Below, piece by piece: positions 10,297 through 19,044 of a stretch of DNA of 64,000 bases. A program made the translations under genes and the position numbers. Under the pieces are notes generated by a model, which had not been told where the DNA came from, did not search any database, and saw only the letters and a list, made by a program, of their open reading frames with translations. The DNA is from Phycisphaerales bacterium. GTDB taxonomy: Bacteria > Planctomycetota > Phycisphaerae > SM23-33 > FEN-1343. Each line of letters opens with the position of its first letter. Positions within the stretch are counted from its first letter, which is position 1. The DNA is taken from NCBI GenBank assembly GCA_003171335.1, contig PMYD01000101.1, positions 6,952-70,951 of the forward strand. The letters are read 5' to 3'.

Positions 10297-11289
10297 TTAC
10301 TCGTGTATCTCGACCACATCTTTGTCATGCAGCGGTTCGCTGCGATTGGCTTGCTGGCCCGGGTGGCGGCCGTCGCCCCAGATGCGGGCGAACTTGAGCC
10401 GCTCGGGCAAGTCGCGGTGGATGGCGCGGGCCAGGTCGGCCAGGGTCGAGCCGACCGGCAGCGTGAAGGGCGCCGAGCCATCGGGTTTTTGCCCCGGCCG
10501 CTTGGTATAGACGCGAATCACGTTCAAGAGCCGCCAGATGTGGCCGGCCAGGTCCTTAAAGCCGCGTTTTTCCTGGCAGTCCACGGGGCAGACGGTCAGC
10601 TTGCAGCCCAGAAGCTCGGCAAACGCGGACAGTTCCGCGGCATCGTTCATCTTCGTGTGCGTCAGGATAATCAGCCCGGGCTTGCCGGTGCGGCCCTGGG
10701 CGGCGATCTGTGCGGCGGGCAGGTCGAATAACTCCATTTGCCGCTGGCTAAGCAGGCTCAGCATGGTTTGCACCTGGTCGAGGCTGTCGGGGCTGCTTTC
10801 ATCGGCCACGATCGCCACCACGCCGGTGAGGCGCAGCAGGTTCACCAGGCCGCCGTCGATGTGGTCGGCGGTGATCGGCGGCGTGTCCACCAGTTCGATC
10901 TGGGTATCTTCCCAGTGCCACATGCCCGGTACGGGGTGGCTGGTGGAAAAGGGAAACTCCGCCACCTTGACCGGCGCGGTGGTGACGGCGGCGACGACGG
11001 AACTCTTGCCCGTGTTGGGCAGGCCCACCAGGACCACCTGGCCCGCGCCGCCGGGGGGCAGATGGTAGGGGTCGACATGCTGGCTGGCCCCGTGCGGGGC
11101 GCCGGAGGTCATGTCCTTCCGCAGGGCGCTGATCTTGCGTTTCAGGTCCGACTGGAGCTTCTCCGACGCCTTGTGCTTGGGGATCAGCCGCAGCATCTCC
11201 TGGAGCGCATCGAGCTGATCCGCCGGCGTGGTGGCCGCACGATACCGGGCATCAGCCTTCTCGTATTCGGGCGTGGCGTTGACGGCCAT
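10297..11289 (-). CDS. Obg/DRG-like GTPase with a C-terminal TGS domain
   Basis: It has a G1 motif (GLPNTGKSS) and a C-terminal TGS-like segment (IRVYTKRPG...DVVEIHE). The start was chosen downstream of a low-complexity GC-rich extension, and a TATAAT box sits just upstream. Confidence 0.65.
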   Translation of the reverse strand: MAVNATPEYEKADARYRAATTPADQLDALQEMLRLIPKHKASEKLQSDLKRKISALRKDMTSGAPHGASQHVDPYHLPPGGAGQVVLVGLPNTGKSSVVAAVTTAPVKVAEFPFSTSHPVPGMWHWEDTQIELVDTPPITADHIDGGLVNLLRLTGVVAIVADESSPDSLDQVQTMLSLLSQRQMELFDLPAAQIAAQGRTGKPGLIILTHTKMNDAAELSAFAELLGCKLTVCPVDCQEKRGFKDLAGHIWRLLNVIRVYTKRPGQKPDGSAPFTLPVGSTLADLARAIHRDLPERLKFARIWGDGRHPGQQANRSEPLHDKDVVEIHE

Positions 11290-11511
11290 AGCGGCAATTA
11301 TACCCGGCGTGCGTGCCGCCCCTCCAGATTCCGGGGACGCCAATACTTGCATTTTGCCCCGGGCTAAGGTAAAACTCCTAAAGTCGCACGGGTATCGGGG
11401 TTGCTCAATTCGCCCCAGAGCAGAAAGTGTCGTATAGTTCAAGTGGAGGCGTTGGAAAGGGCGGATGCCACACGCATAGTCTTTTCCCGCGGTCCCTCCA
11501 TAGGATTCAAC

Positions 11512-11835
11512 GTGAAGAAACTTTTCATGCTCCTGGTGCTGTGCCTGGTGGGCCTGGGCGGCTATCAGCTTGGCCGTCAGCCCGGCAGCCCCGACGTGGT
11601 CGGGCATCTGCAAGGCCAGGCCGCGCGGGTCGATTGGCAGGCCGTCGGCCACAAGGCCAACGATGCCTTCGGCGTAGCACGCCAGCACCTTTCCTCCTGG
11701 GCCGACAGCCGCCAGCCGGCCGCCGCGCCCGCGCGCGATGTCGTGTCCAACACGCCGGCCAGTCCTTCCGCCTCCGCCGTCGGCACTGCCCATCAAGGGC
11801 TGCCCAAGCCGGAAGATTTCCCGCAGTGCTGGTGA
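11512..11835 (+). CDS. Hypothetical small exported or membrane protein
   Basis: It has a GTG start with an AGGA RBS and an N-terminal hydrophobic helix (KKLFMLLVLCLVGLGG). Confidence 0.3.
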   Translation: MKKLFMLLVLCLVGLGGYQLGRQPGSPDVVGHLQGQAARVDWQAVGHKANDAFGVARQHLSSWADSRQPAAAPARDVVSNTPASPSASAVGTAHQGLPKPEDFPQCW

Positions 11836-11858
11836 AGGGCGGCCGTCGCAGTCAGCTC

Positions 11859-11901
11859 GTCAATTAGTCAATTGGTCAATTAGTCACCGTGTCAATTAGA
11901 C
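11859..11901. repeat. Tandem octamer repeats GTCAATT(A/G)G x4
   Basis: The repeats can be read directly. They lie in the convergent intergenic region. Confidence 0.6.
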
Positions 11902-11951
11902 TTGTCCACGTGCAGAGTTGATGAATTGACGAATGGACTCGCTGGCCCTGC

Positions 11952-13157
11952 TCACCCCGCCTTGGCCAGCGTGATCGTCAGCGTGGCGGTCTTGATCTTG
12001 TTGGCGGCCGGATCCTCGACGGTCACCTTCAGCGTATAGGTGCCGGCCGGCAGCGTGGGGGAGAGCGTCAGCGGGCGCGTGAGGAAAAAGTCCGTGCGGC
12101 GGTTGGCGGAGATGTCGGATACATCCTTGTCCGCCTGGGTCAGCACGGCCTGGCCCTGATCGTCGTACAGCACGTGCTGCACGTTGAGATAGGTGCGAAA
12201 AACCCCACCCTCCTGCTTGACCGTGAAATTCCGCAACTCGCAGTACACGTACATGTAGTGCGACTGGCCGGCGGTGAATTTGGGCTCGGTAACCTCCTGG
12301 TAGACGCCGAAGCTGTCGATCCGCGTGCACAGCTTGATCGTGGGGATCTCCAGGTCGGCCACGCGCATCAGTTCCTGCCGCAGCACGTCCAGGGCCATCA
12401 GCCGCTTGCCGGCCTCCTCGGGGCTGGGGGGGCCACCCTTGTGGTCGCGGATGAAGATCATCATCCGCAGGAGCGCCGCGACCGTCTGGTTCTCCTGCTC
12501 CGACAGGCCGGGCACGGGTTGGAGGGCCTCCTCGTCGTGATGCCCCGCCAAGAGCAGCAGCCGGGCCTTGAGCTGGAGGTCCAGGTCATCGGGGCTCTTG
12601 GCCGCCATGGCCTGGACGTAGGCTGAATCCAGGTAACTGGCCATCACCTGTGAGGCGGCGTTGGGGTCCTTCGCGTCGGCGGCCGCGTGGCCGGCCGGGG
12701 CAGTCGTGGGCCTGGCGGACGCTACGGCCGGTGCGGTTGCCGCCAGGGCCGACGCCTCGGATGGAGAAACGAGGACGCCGGGGGCCGACAGGATTGGGGG
12801 GGCAGCGCGCACAGGGCCACCAAGCGGGTTGCGCTGGGCGGCGGGCGTGTAATCCTGCTGATCGAAAGGTAGCAGCGGCACGGGCCGCGGCCGCACCATC
12901 AGCGCGGGCGCGCGGGCGGCGGCCGCCTGCTCCTGGGGCGAAGGGTTGGGCCGATTGGCCAGCACCTGCTCTAACTGGCGGGTGTATTCGCGCAGCCGCT
13001 CATCGGCGTAGTCGCTCTCCACGAGTGGATGCGGATACGCCTGGGCCGTCAGCTCACTGTTGGCCGTGGGACGTGGGGCAATGGCATCACAGCCCGCAAG
13101 GCTGCAAAGCCAGCCCGCCAGCAGCAGCGCACCATGGCAGCGGTGCATCGTGACCAT
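11952..13157 (-). CDS. Hypothetical lipoprotein
   Basis: It has a signal peptide with an LAGC lipobox. No recognisable domain was found. Confidence 0.6.
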   Translation of the reverse strand: MVTMHRCHGALLLAGWLCSLAGCDAIAPRPTANSELTAQAYPHPLVESDYADERLREYTRQLEQVLANRPNPSPQEQAAAARAPALMVRPRPVPLLPFDQQDYTPAAQRNPLGGPVRAAPPILSAPGVLVSPSEASALAATAPAVASARPTTAPAGHAAADAKDPNAASQVMASYLDSAYVQAMAAKSPDDLDLQLKARLLLLAGHHDEEALQPVPGLSEQENQTVAALLRMMIFIRDHKGGPPSPEEAGKRLMALDVLRQELMRVADLEIPTIKLCTRIDSFGVYQEVTEPKFTAGQSHYMYVYCELRNFTVKQEGGVFRTYLNVQHVLYDDQGQAVLTQADKDVSDISANRRTDFFLTRPLTLSPTLPAGTYTLKVTVEDPAANKIKTATLTITLAKAG

Positions 13158-13277
13158 CCCTGGCTCTTTTTCGGCGGCTCAGCCACCGGACTTCCTTGCA
13201 CGTATCGGATGCGTGGCTGAAGGTTAATAAGCGAATTTCGCCTGCGGCGGGAGCTTTGTCAAGGCCACCGTGCGCAA

Positions 13278-13359
13278 TTGAAATCATTTCAAGTGTAAAC
13301 CGTTTACACTTGCAGCTTACAGCTTACCCAGCTTACCACTTCCAACTTAGTTGGAAGTG
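13278..13359. promoter_or_regulatory. Cluster of palindromes upstream of the lipoprotein gene
   Basis: The cluster contains TTGAAATcATTTCAA, GTGTAAACcGTTTACAC, (AGCTTAC)x3 and the 23-bp perfect palindrome CACTTCCAACTTaGTTGGAAGTG. Confidence 0.5.
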
Positions 13360-13416
13360 AATTGCTCTAAGCGTTACATTCTTCGCCCTAATGATGACGA
13401 ACGTAACACTTAAACC

Positions 13417-14367
13417 CTAACACAGGCTGACCACCAGTGATTGAAGCGTGGCTTTGCCATCGCGGCCGGTCTTGATCGCCAGGTCGGCCCGGATGAGCTT
13501 GCGGAAGTCCTCGGCGATCTGGTCGAGGCTCTTGCGTGCCAGCAGCCGCCGCATGAGCGACTGGCCGGGGCCGAAGACTTTGGCCTCCTGGAAGGCCTGG
13601 TATTCGCCGCGGCCGGCCGCGATGAGGTGCTTCGCTTTGAGCACCCGCCGCAGGTGCCAGCCGAGCATGCCCAGCAGGCGGTATTCCTCGCCGCTCTGCA
13701 CCAGCACCATATCCAGGATCTCCAGGGCCTTTCGGGCGTTGCCTTCCATCAGGGCATCGGTCAGCGTGAATGGATTGACGGCGGCGGTGGCCACGACGAC
13801 CGCGCTGACATCCTCAGCCGTGATGACCGCGCGGCCCAGGGTGTAGAGGACAAGTTTTTCCAGTTCGGACGCCGCCCGCGCGCGATCAAGCCCCAGCCAC
13901 TCCACCATCAATTGCACGGCCGCCGGCTCGATTTGCCGCCCAGATTCCTTGGCGCGGTCGCGGATGAACTGGCTAATGGCGCCGGCGTCGGGCGTGCGGC
14001 ATTCCAGGGCCTGGCCGATTTTGGCCACGATCTTGTACAGCCGCTCGCCGGTGCGAAATGTCTTGAGCATCAGGATCAGCGTGCCCGAGGGGGCGGGGGC
14101 TTCCAGGTATTTCTCCAGCGACAGGCGGTGGCTGGAGACGAAGCTGTCGGCGGGGTCCACGATGACCACCCGGCGGTCGCCCAGGAACGGCAGCGTCCGC
14201 AGGTCATCCAGCACGGCGGCCAGCTCTGGCTCGGCGTCGTATCGGCTGACGCAGAGCTGCGCATCGGCCGCTCCCAGAACCTCGGCGGTCACCGCCAGGC
14301 GGTTCTGCTCGCGCAGAAACTCGTCCGGGCCGTAGATGACGTAAATCGGTTTGGGCTGGCCGCTCAT
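13417..14367 (-). CDS. holA: DNA polymerase III delta subunit
   Basis: It has the characteristic N-terminus (PIYVIYGPDEFL) and a full-length delta-subunit pattern. Confidence 0.8.
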   Translation of the reverse strand: MSGQPKPIYVIYGPDEFLREQNRLAVTAEVLGAADAQLCVSRYDAEPELAAVLDDLRTLPFLGDRRVVIVDPADSFVSSHRLSLEKYLEAPAPSGTLILMLKTFRTGERLYKIVAKIGQALECRTPDAGAISQFIRDRAKESGRQIEPAAVQLMVEWLGLDRARAASELEKLVLYTLGRAVITAEDVSAVVVATAAVNPFTLTDALMEGNARKALEILDMVLVQSGEEYRLLGMLGWHLRRVLKAKHLIAAGRGEYQAFQEAKVFGPGQSLMRRLLARKSLDQIAEDFRKLIRADLAIKTGRDGKATLQSLVVSLC

Positions 14368-14407
14368 GGCCGGTCATTTTGACACCGGCGATAGGGCGTG
14401 TAAAGGA

Positions 14408-14509
14408 GGCTATAGGTTTTAGGCTGTAGGCTATAGGAACTGCTGGAAAAGAAAAGTCATCCACACCTTCCGACCGTTTCTACAGCCTACAGTCTAAAGC
14501 CTACAGCCT
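14408..14509. repeat. Inverted-repeat element GGCTATAGGTTTTAGGCTGTAGGCTATAGG...CTACAGCCTACAGTCTAAAGCCTACAGCC
   Basis: The inverted repeats can be read directly. A homologous element lies at 59328-59469. Confidence 0.75.
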
Positions 14510-15877
14510 CTTCTCTCCTCGCTTTTCGTGAAGGACCTGCATGGCCGCTACCCGGCGGTCCAGCACGTGCCAGAGCAGGGCGAAGAAGAGCGTGCCGAAG
14601 ATCGCGGCCATGGCGTTTTCGAGGAAAACGGCCAGGCTGCCGCCAACAGGGCCGGCCAGCGCCTTGGCGGCTTCGAGCAGCGCAGCGCACCCAACCGCCA
14701 GGGCCGCGCCCGCCAGCATGCGGTACCGCAGCCGCCAGGGCCGGCGCAGGCTGATGTAGAAGGTCAAGGTCGCACTGACGGCGGCGGCCATGGCCCAGCG
14801 CCGCAGCGTGGCGTAGTAGGCCCAGGCGTGCTCATGGCTGTACAGGCCCCACAGCGGCCAGCGGGTCTGCCCGCCTGAACTGCTCCAGGACAGGCACGAC
14901 AGCATGAAGATCAGCGATGTGGCGCAAAACAGCGCGCTGGCCGGCAGCGTAAGAGGCTGGCGATGCAGCGCCGGGGCCAGTGCGGCCGCGCCGAAACTCG
15001 CCCCCGCCGCCACCAGCACGGCCGCCAGGCTGACCGCCTCGGCCGGCACGAAGAGCCGGAGCAGCTCAATTGCCAGTGCCAGCATCGTCACCGCCGTTGC
15101 ACAGACGAAGGCGCCGCGCCGGCTGATTTCCTTGGGGCCCGTGGCCATCGTCAACAGCAGCGTCAACGCCGCAAAGCTGCCCGCCCGGCGCAGCACCCAC
15201 TGATGCCAGGGCGCCAGCGCCAAGCCGGCCGGGATGGACCATTTGACGCCATGCCACTGCACCGCCGCCACGGCCCAGGCGGGCCTGACCCGCCAGGCGA
15301 TGGCCGCCAGCAGCGCTGTCGCCAGCAGCACCGCGGCCAGGAGGGCGTGGCGATTCCGCAGGTAGAGCGCCAGGCGCCGGGCGACCCGGAGGGCGGGTTT
15401 GATCGCGATGGCGGCGAGAATCGCCCCCAGCAGGCCCCCGGCCGTGTTCATGGTGACATCCTGTAGGTCCGAGACCCGTCCGACGACAAAAAGCTGCATC
15501 GTCTCGATCGCCACGCTCACGCCAAACGCCATCGCGACGGCCAGCGGAACAAGCAGCCAGCTTCGCCGCTGGCCGTGCCAGGCGGCCACGACCAGCGCGC
15601 CCAGCGGGATAAAGAGCAGCACATTCTTCTGGCCATCGCTTGTGTGGATCGCCCCGAGACATTCCCGCATCGACGGCGCCAGCGCCTCGCGCCATTGCTG
15701 GCGAACGCGCGCGGGGGTGAAGTTCAGTGTCAGCGGCATCCAGCCGGCATATAACAGCAGTGCGGCGTAGGCCAGCAGGGCCAGCTTGCAGGTCTTGCGA
15801 TGCATGAGCGCACTTTCTTCCCCGCCGGCATCCCTGCGGCGATAATCCGCGCGACTAATGAGCAACTCCGGCCGCAC
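14501..15877 (-). CDS. VanZ-family polytopic membrane protein
   Basis: It has many TM helices and a VanZ-like N-terminal motif (ETMQLFVVGRVSDLQDVTMNTAGG). Confidence 0.5.
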   Translation of the reverse strand: MRPELLISRADYRRRDAGGEESALMHRKTCKLALLAYAALLLYAGWMPLTLNFTPARVRQQWREALAPSMRECLGAIHTSDGQKNVLLFIPLGALVVAAWHGQRRSWLLVPLAVAMAFGVSVAIETMQLFVVGRVSDLQDVTMNTAGGLLGAILAAIAIKPALRVARRLALYLRNRHALLAAVLLATALLAAIAWRVRPAWAVAAVQWHGVKWSIPAGLALAPWHQWVLRRAGSFAALTLLLTMATGPKEISRRGAFVCATAVTMLALAIELLRLFVPAEAVSLAAVLVAAGASFGAAALAPALHRQPLTLPASALFCATSLIFMLSCLSWSSSGGQTRWPLWGLYSHEHAWAYYATLRRWAMAAAVSATLTFYISLRRPWRLRYRMLAGAALAVGCAALLEAAKALAGPVGGSLAVFLENAMAAIFGTLFFALLWHVLDRRVAAMQVLHEKRGEKRL

Positions 15878-16033
15878 GGCGGCTATTTCCCTGCCTCTAA
15901 GGACAATACACTACGGCGTTTACCCCGGCAAGTGATGCATCTTGACCCACAGGATTGATGTCTCCCTTCCGGCAAGCCTGCCTTTCGGGAGCCGTGAGCG
16001 ACATTTGTTTCTGGCATGGCCTATGTTGTTGTC

Positions 16034-16222
16034 GTGTAACAGGCCCCGGCTTCAGCCGGGGTGATAGATACGCTGCAGGCACATGAGCCCGTTTCAACGG
16101 GCTTGTATTTGTTGGCTTTAGCCATAGCAGATGCCTCAAGGCACGACCCCAAGCCCGTTGAAACGGGCTGAATCTCTGGGCAGACCGCTTAACCCCGGCT
16201 GAAGCCGGGGCCTGTTACACCA
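16034..16222. repeat. ~190-bp symmetric element: GTGTAACAGG + hairpin CCCCGGCTtcaGCCGGGG + hairpin GCCCGTTtcaACGGGC, then the mirror-image copies
   Basis: The nested inverted repeats can be read directly. They lie in the divergent promoter region upstream of the ThyA-like operon. Confidence 0.7.
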
Positions 16223-16369
16223 CAAGACAACCTCGCCAGAAAATAAGGTCGCTCACCGGGGCCTGTCGGCTCATCGCCTCTGTAGACCGCCAGCCGCCTT
16301 TTGACTATATTGCGGACAACGCGCGAGGTTCCGGCGCCAGACAAGACTCCCGGGTGCGGAAGGAAGGGC

Positions 16370-17212
16370 ATGATCACTGTCCATATCGTCGAGCCGACGT
16401 TGCCCATGGCCTGGGAGAAGGCGGTCATCGCCTGCTGGGAGACGGGTGAGTCGTTCCGCACCGAGTACGACCGACCCGGCGACCCGGCCAGCCGCGATGT
16501 GACCGTGATGATCCGCGTGACACAGCCGTTCTCCGAGCCGCGGATTCACCGCGCCTTCCCCGGCGGCCTGGATGACCTGGAGAAGTACCGTAGCGAGGTG
16601 CTTTTCGGCGTGCACGATCACTGGGTGGACCCGGCCGCCGGCAAATGGGAGTACACGTATCACCAGCGGCTGTTTGCCTACGAGGTGCCCGGCGTGGGCC
16701 AGTTCGACCAGATCGCCGGCGTGGTAGCCAAGCTCAAATCCGCCGGCCACACGCGCCGCGCGCAGGCGGTCACCTGGCAGGTGTGGAACGACATGAACAT
16801 CGCCGATCCCTCCTGCCTCCAGCGGCTGTGGTTCCGTATTTCCGGCGGCCACCTGCACATGAACGTGCACATGCGTTCCAACGACGCCTACAAGGCGGCA
16901 TTCATGAACATGTACGCCTTCACCGAGCTTCAGCGCGAGGTGGCCGGCCAGGTGGGCGTCGAGGTGGGCGAGTACGTGCATATCGCCGACTCGTTCCACA
17001 TTTACGGCAGCTATTTCAAGGATTTCGAAGGTTTTCTCAGCACGGTCCGCACGCGCAGCGCCGCCGAGCGGGTCTTCACCAGCGACTTCGCCCGCGATTT
17101 CTTCATTGAGGGCTGCGATGTGCTGCTGGCCGAGAACGACATGCCCGAGGCGAAAAAGGCGCGCGTGCGACAGCGCAAAGAACAGTTGCAGGGGAAAGGA
17201 GCAACTGTATGA
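16370..17212 (+). CDS. Divergent thymidylate-synthase (ThyA) family pyrimidine C5-methylase or hydroxymethylase
   Basis: The catalytic Cys is in PSCLQ (compare ThyA PCH). The RS.D motif (HMRSNDAY), the D.H.Y motif (ADSFHIYGSY) and SRRA..W-like TRRAQAVTW are present. Confidence 0.75.
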   Translation: MITVHIVEPTLPMAWEKAVIACWETGESFRTEYDRPGDPASRDVTVMIRVTQPFSEPRIHRAFPGGLDDLEKYRSEVLFGVHDHWVDPAAGKWEYTYHQRLFAYEVPGVGQFDQIAGVVAKLKSAGHTRRAQAVTWQVWNDMNIADPSCLQRLWFRISGGHLHMNVHMRSNDAYKAAFMNMYAFTELQREVAGQVGVEVGEYVHIADSFHIYGSYFKDFEGFLSTVRTRSAAERVFTSDFARDFFIEGCDVLLAENDMPEAKKARVRQRKEQLQGKGATV

Positions 17213-18018
17213 AATCGATGGCGGGGATCGGTCTAGCCCAGGTGCAGGCCGTGTACGATGGGGCCGAAGGCCGGCTGTGGGAATTGATCATGGGGGAGCA
17301 GATTCACATCGGCGGCTTCGCCTCGTCCATGGATCTGGCGAAGAAGGCCTCCATCTCCGCCGGCAGCCGCGGAGTGGATCTGTGCTGCTGCCTGGGCGCC
17401 GGCATGCGGTTCCTCGTTCGTTTCTGCGGCGTGGCCGCCATGCAGGGCGTGGATGCCACGCCCACCGTCGTGAACCTCGGCCGCCAGCGCGTGGGAGCCG
17501 AGGGGCTGGCCGACCGCATTCAATTCATCCAGTCCGATGCCTGCCGCACGGGCCTGCCGGCCGCGGCGGCCGATTTCGTCTGGGGCGAGGATGCCTGGTG
17601 CTACGTGGTCGATAAGCCCGCCCTCATCGCCGAGGCGGCCAGGCTCATCAAGCCCGGCGGCACGATCGCCTTCACCGACTGGGTGGAAGGCCCTAAGCCC
17701 ATGAGCGATGCGGACGCGGCGCGATATCTGGCCTTCATGAAGTTCCCCAACGTGCTGAGCCTGGGCGAGTACAGCGACCTGCTGAAGCGCAGCGGCTGCC
17801 AGGTGGTTTGCGCCGAGGATACCGGTCGTTTCGCCGCCGCGGTCGATCTGTACCTGGACATGCTGAACCGCCAGTTGACGTACGATGCGCTGAAGATCAT
17901 CGGCTTTGACATGCCGCTCATGCAGGCCATGGGCGGGGAAATGGAGTTCCTCCGGCAACTCGCGCACGAGGGCAAGATTTCCCAGGGCCTGTTCGTCGCC
18001 CGCAAGAAGGTTTTTTAG
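17209..18018 (+). CDS. Class I SAM-dependent methyltransferase
   Basis: Motif I reads VDLCCCLGAGMRF. The start overlaps the stop of the upstream gene (ATGA). Confidence 0.8.
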   Translation: MKSMAGIGLAQVQAVYDGAEGRLWELIMGEQIHIGGFASSMDLAKKASISAGSRGVDLCCCLGAGMRFLVRFCGVAAMQGVDATPTVVNLGRQRVGAEGLADRIQFIQSDACRTGLPAAAADFVWGEDAWCYVVDKPALIAEAARLIKPGGTIAFTDWVEGPKPMSDADAARYLAFMKFPNVLSLGEYSDLLKRSGCQVVCAEDTGRFAAAVDLYLDMLNRQLTYDALKIIGFDMPLMQAMGGEMEFLRQLAHEGKISQGLFVARKKVF

Positions 18019-18042
18019 TAGTCAAGGACGGCCGGCCCGCCT

Positions 18043-19044
18043 ATGAAAACCGTCGCCTACAGTTGCCCGTTCGTGCCGCCGGAGTGGATCGCGGCGCATG
18101 GGCTGCGCCCGCGGCTGCTGGTGCCCGCCTCGTTAGGCACCGGTGCCGAGAGCGGGCCGACGGCGGGCCTGTGCGCCTTCGCCCGTGCGGCGGCGCAGGC
18201 GGCGGTGGAGGATGGGGCCATCGACGCGTACGTGGCCACATCGCTGTGCGATCAGCGCCGGCGGGCCACGGAGCTGGCCGCACGACACAGCAAGAAACCG
18301 GTCTTCATGCTGCACGTGCCGGCGGCCTGCCGCGCGCCAGGCGCCGAGGCGATGTACATCGCCGAACTTCAGCGGCTGGGCCGGTTCCTGGTTCGCCTGG
18401 GCGGAAAAGAGCCCTCGCGGGATGAGTTGATCCTGGCAATGCGCCGCTACAGCGTGGCCCGCGCTTCGCTGGCCGCCACATCGGCGACGATACCCGCCCG
18501 CCAGGCGGCCGAGGCGTACTGGAACCTGTGCGAAAACGGGCCCGCGGGCGATGCCCCGCCCTGGCTGTGGGCAGTGCAGCGTGAAGGCAAACCGAAGCCC
18601 CCGGGCGTGCCGATTCTTCTTTTGGGCGGGCCGTTGACGCGCGAGGGCCTGGTCGTGCTCGACTGCATCGAGCAGGCCGGCGGGTGCGTAGTCGTCAACG
18701 CGACGGAGAACGGGCCGGCCACGGCGGCCGCGCCGCTACCGCCCGTCCACACCAAGGCCTCCGGGGCGCAATTCCTGATGCGGACGTACTATCGCCACAT
18801 TCCCCACCCCTTCAGCCGGCCCAACGACTGGCTGTATGAATGGCTGGCGGCAACGCTGACAAAGTGTCACGCCCGCGGCATCTTGTTCATCCGGCATGTC
18901 TGGTGCGACCTGTGGCACGCGGAACTGGCGCGGCTGAAAGCCTGCTCGCCCGTGCCCGTGGTGGATCTGGACCTGGCCGCCGGCGACGATACGGCCGCAC
19001 GGGTCGGCGGCAGGGTGCAGGCGCTGATGGAGATGCTGGCATGA
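18043..19044 (+). CDS. 2-hydroxyacyl-CoA dehydratase / benzoyl-CoA reductase family subunit (HgdA/BcrB-like)
   Basis: It has the N-terminal KTVAYSCPFVPPEWIAAHG family signature and multiple Cys residues. Confidence 0.75.
   Translation: MKTVAYSCPFVPPEWIAAHGLRPRLLVPASLGTGAESGPTAGLCAFARAAAQAAVEDGAIDAYVATSLCDQRRRATELAARHSKKPVFMLHVPAACRAPGAEAMYIAELQRLGRFLVRLGGKEPSRDELILAMRRYSVARASLAATSATIPARQAAEAYWNLCENGPAGDAPPWLWAVQREGKPKPPGVPILLLGGPLTREGLVVLDCIEQAGGCVVVNATENGPATAAAPLPPVHTKASGAQFLMRTYYRHIPHPFSRPNDWLYEWLAATLTKCHARGILFIRHVWCDLWHAELARLKACSPVPVVDLDLAAGDDTAARVGGRVQALMEMLA

Noticed and set aside
10297-11796. The full 499-aa ORF as the GTPase
   Set aside because: The N-terminal 170 codons are low-complexity Gly/Arg-rich and overlap a plausible plus-strand ORF. 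The conserved sequence begins near the Met at 11289.
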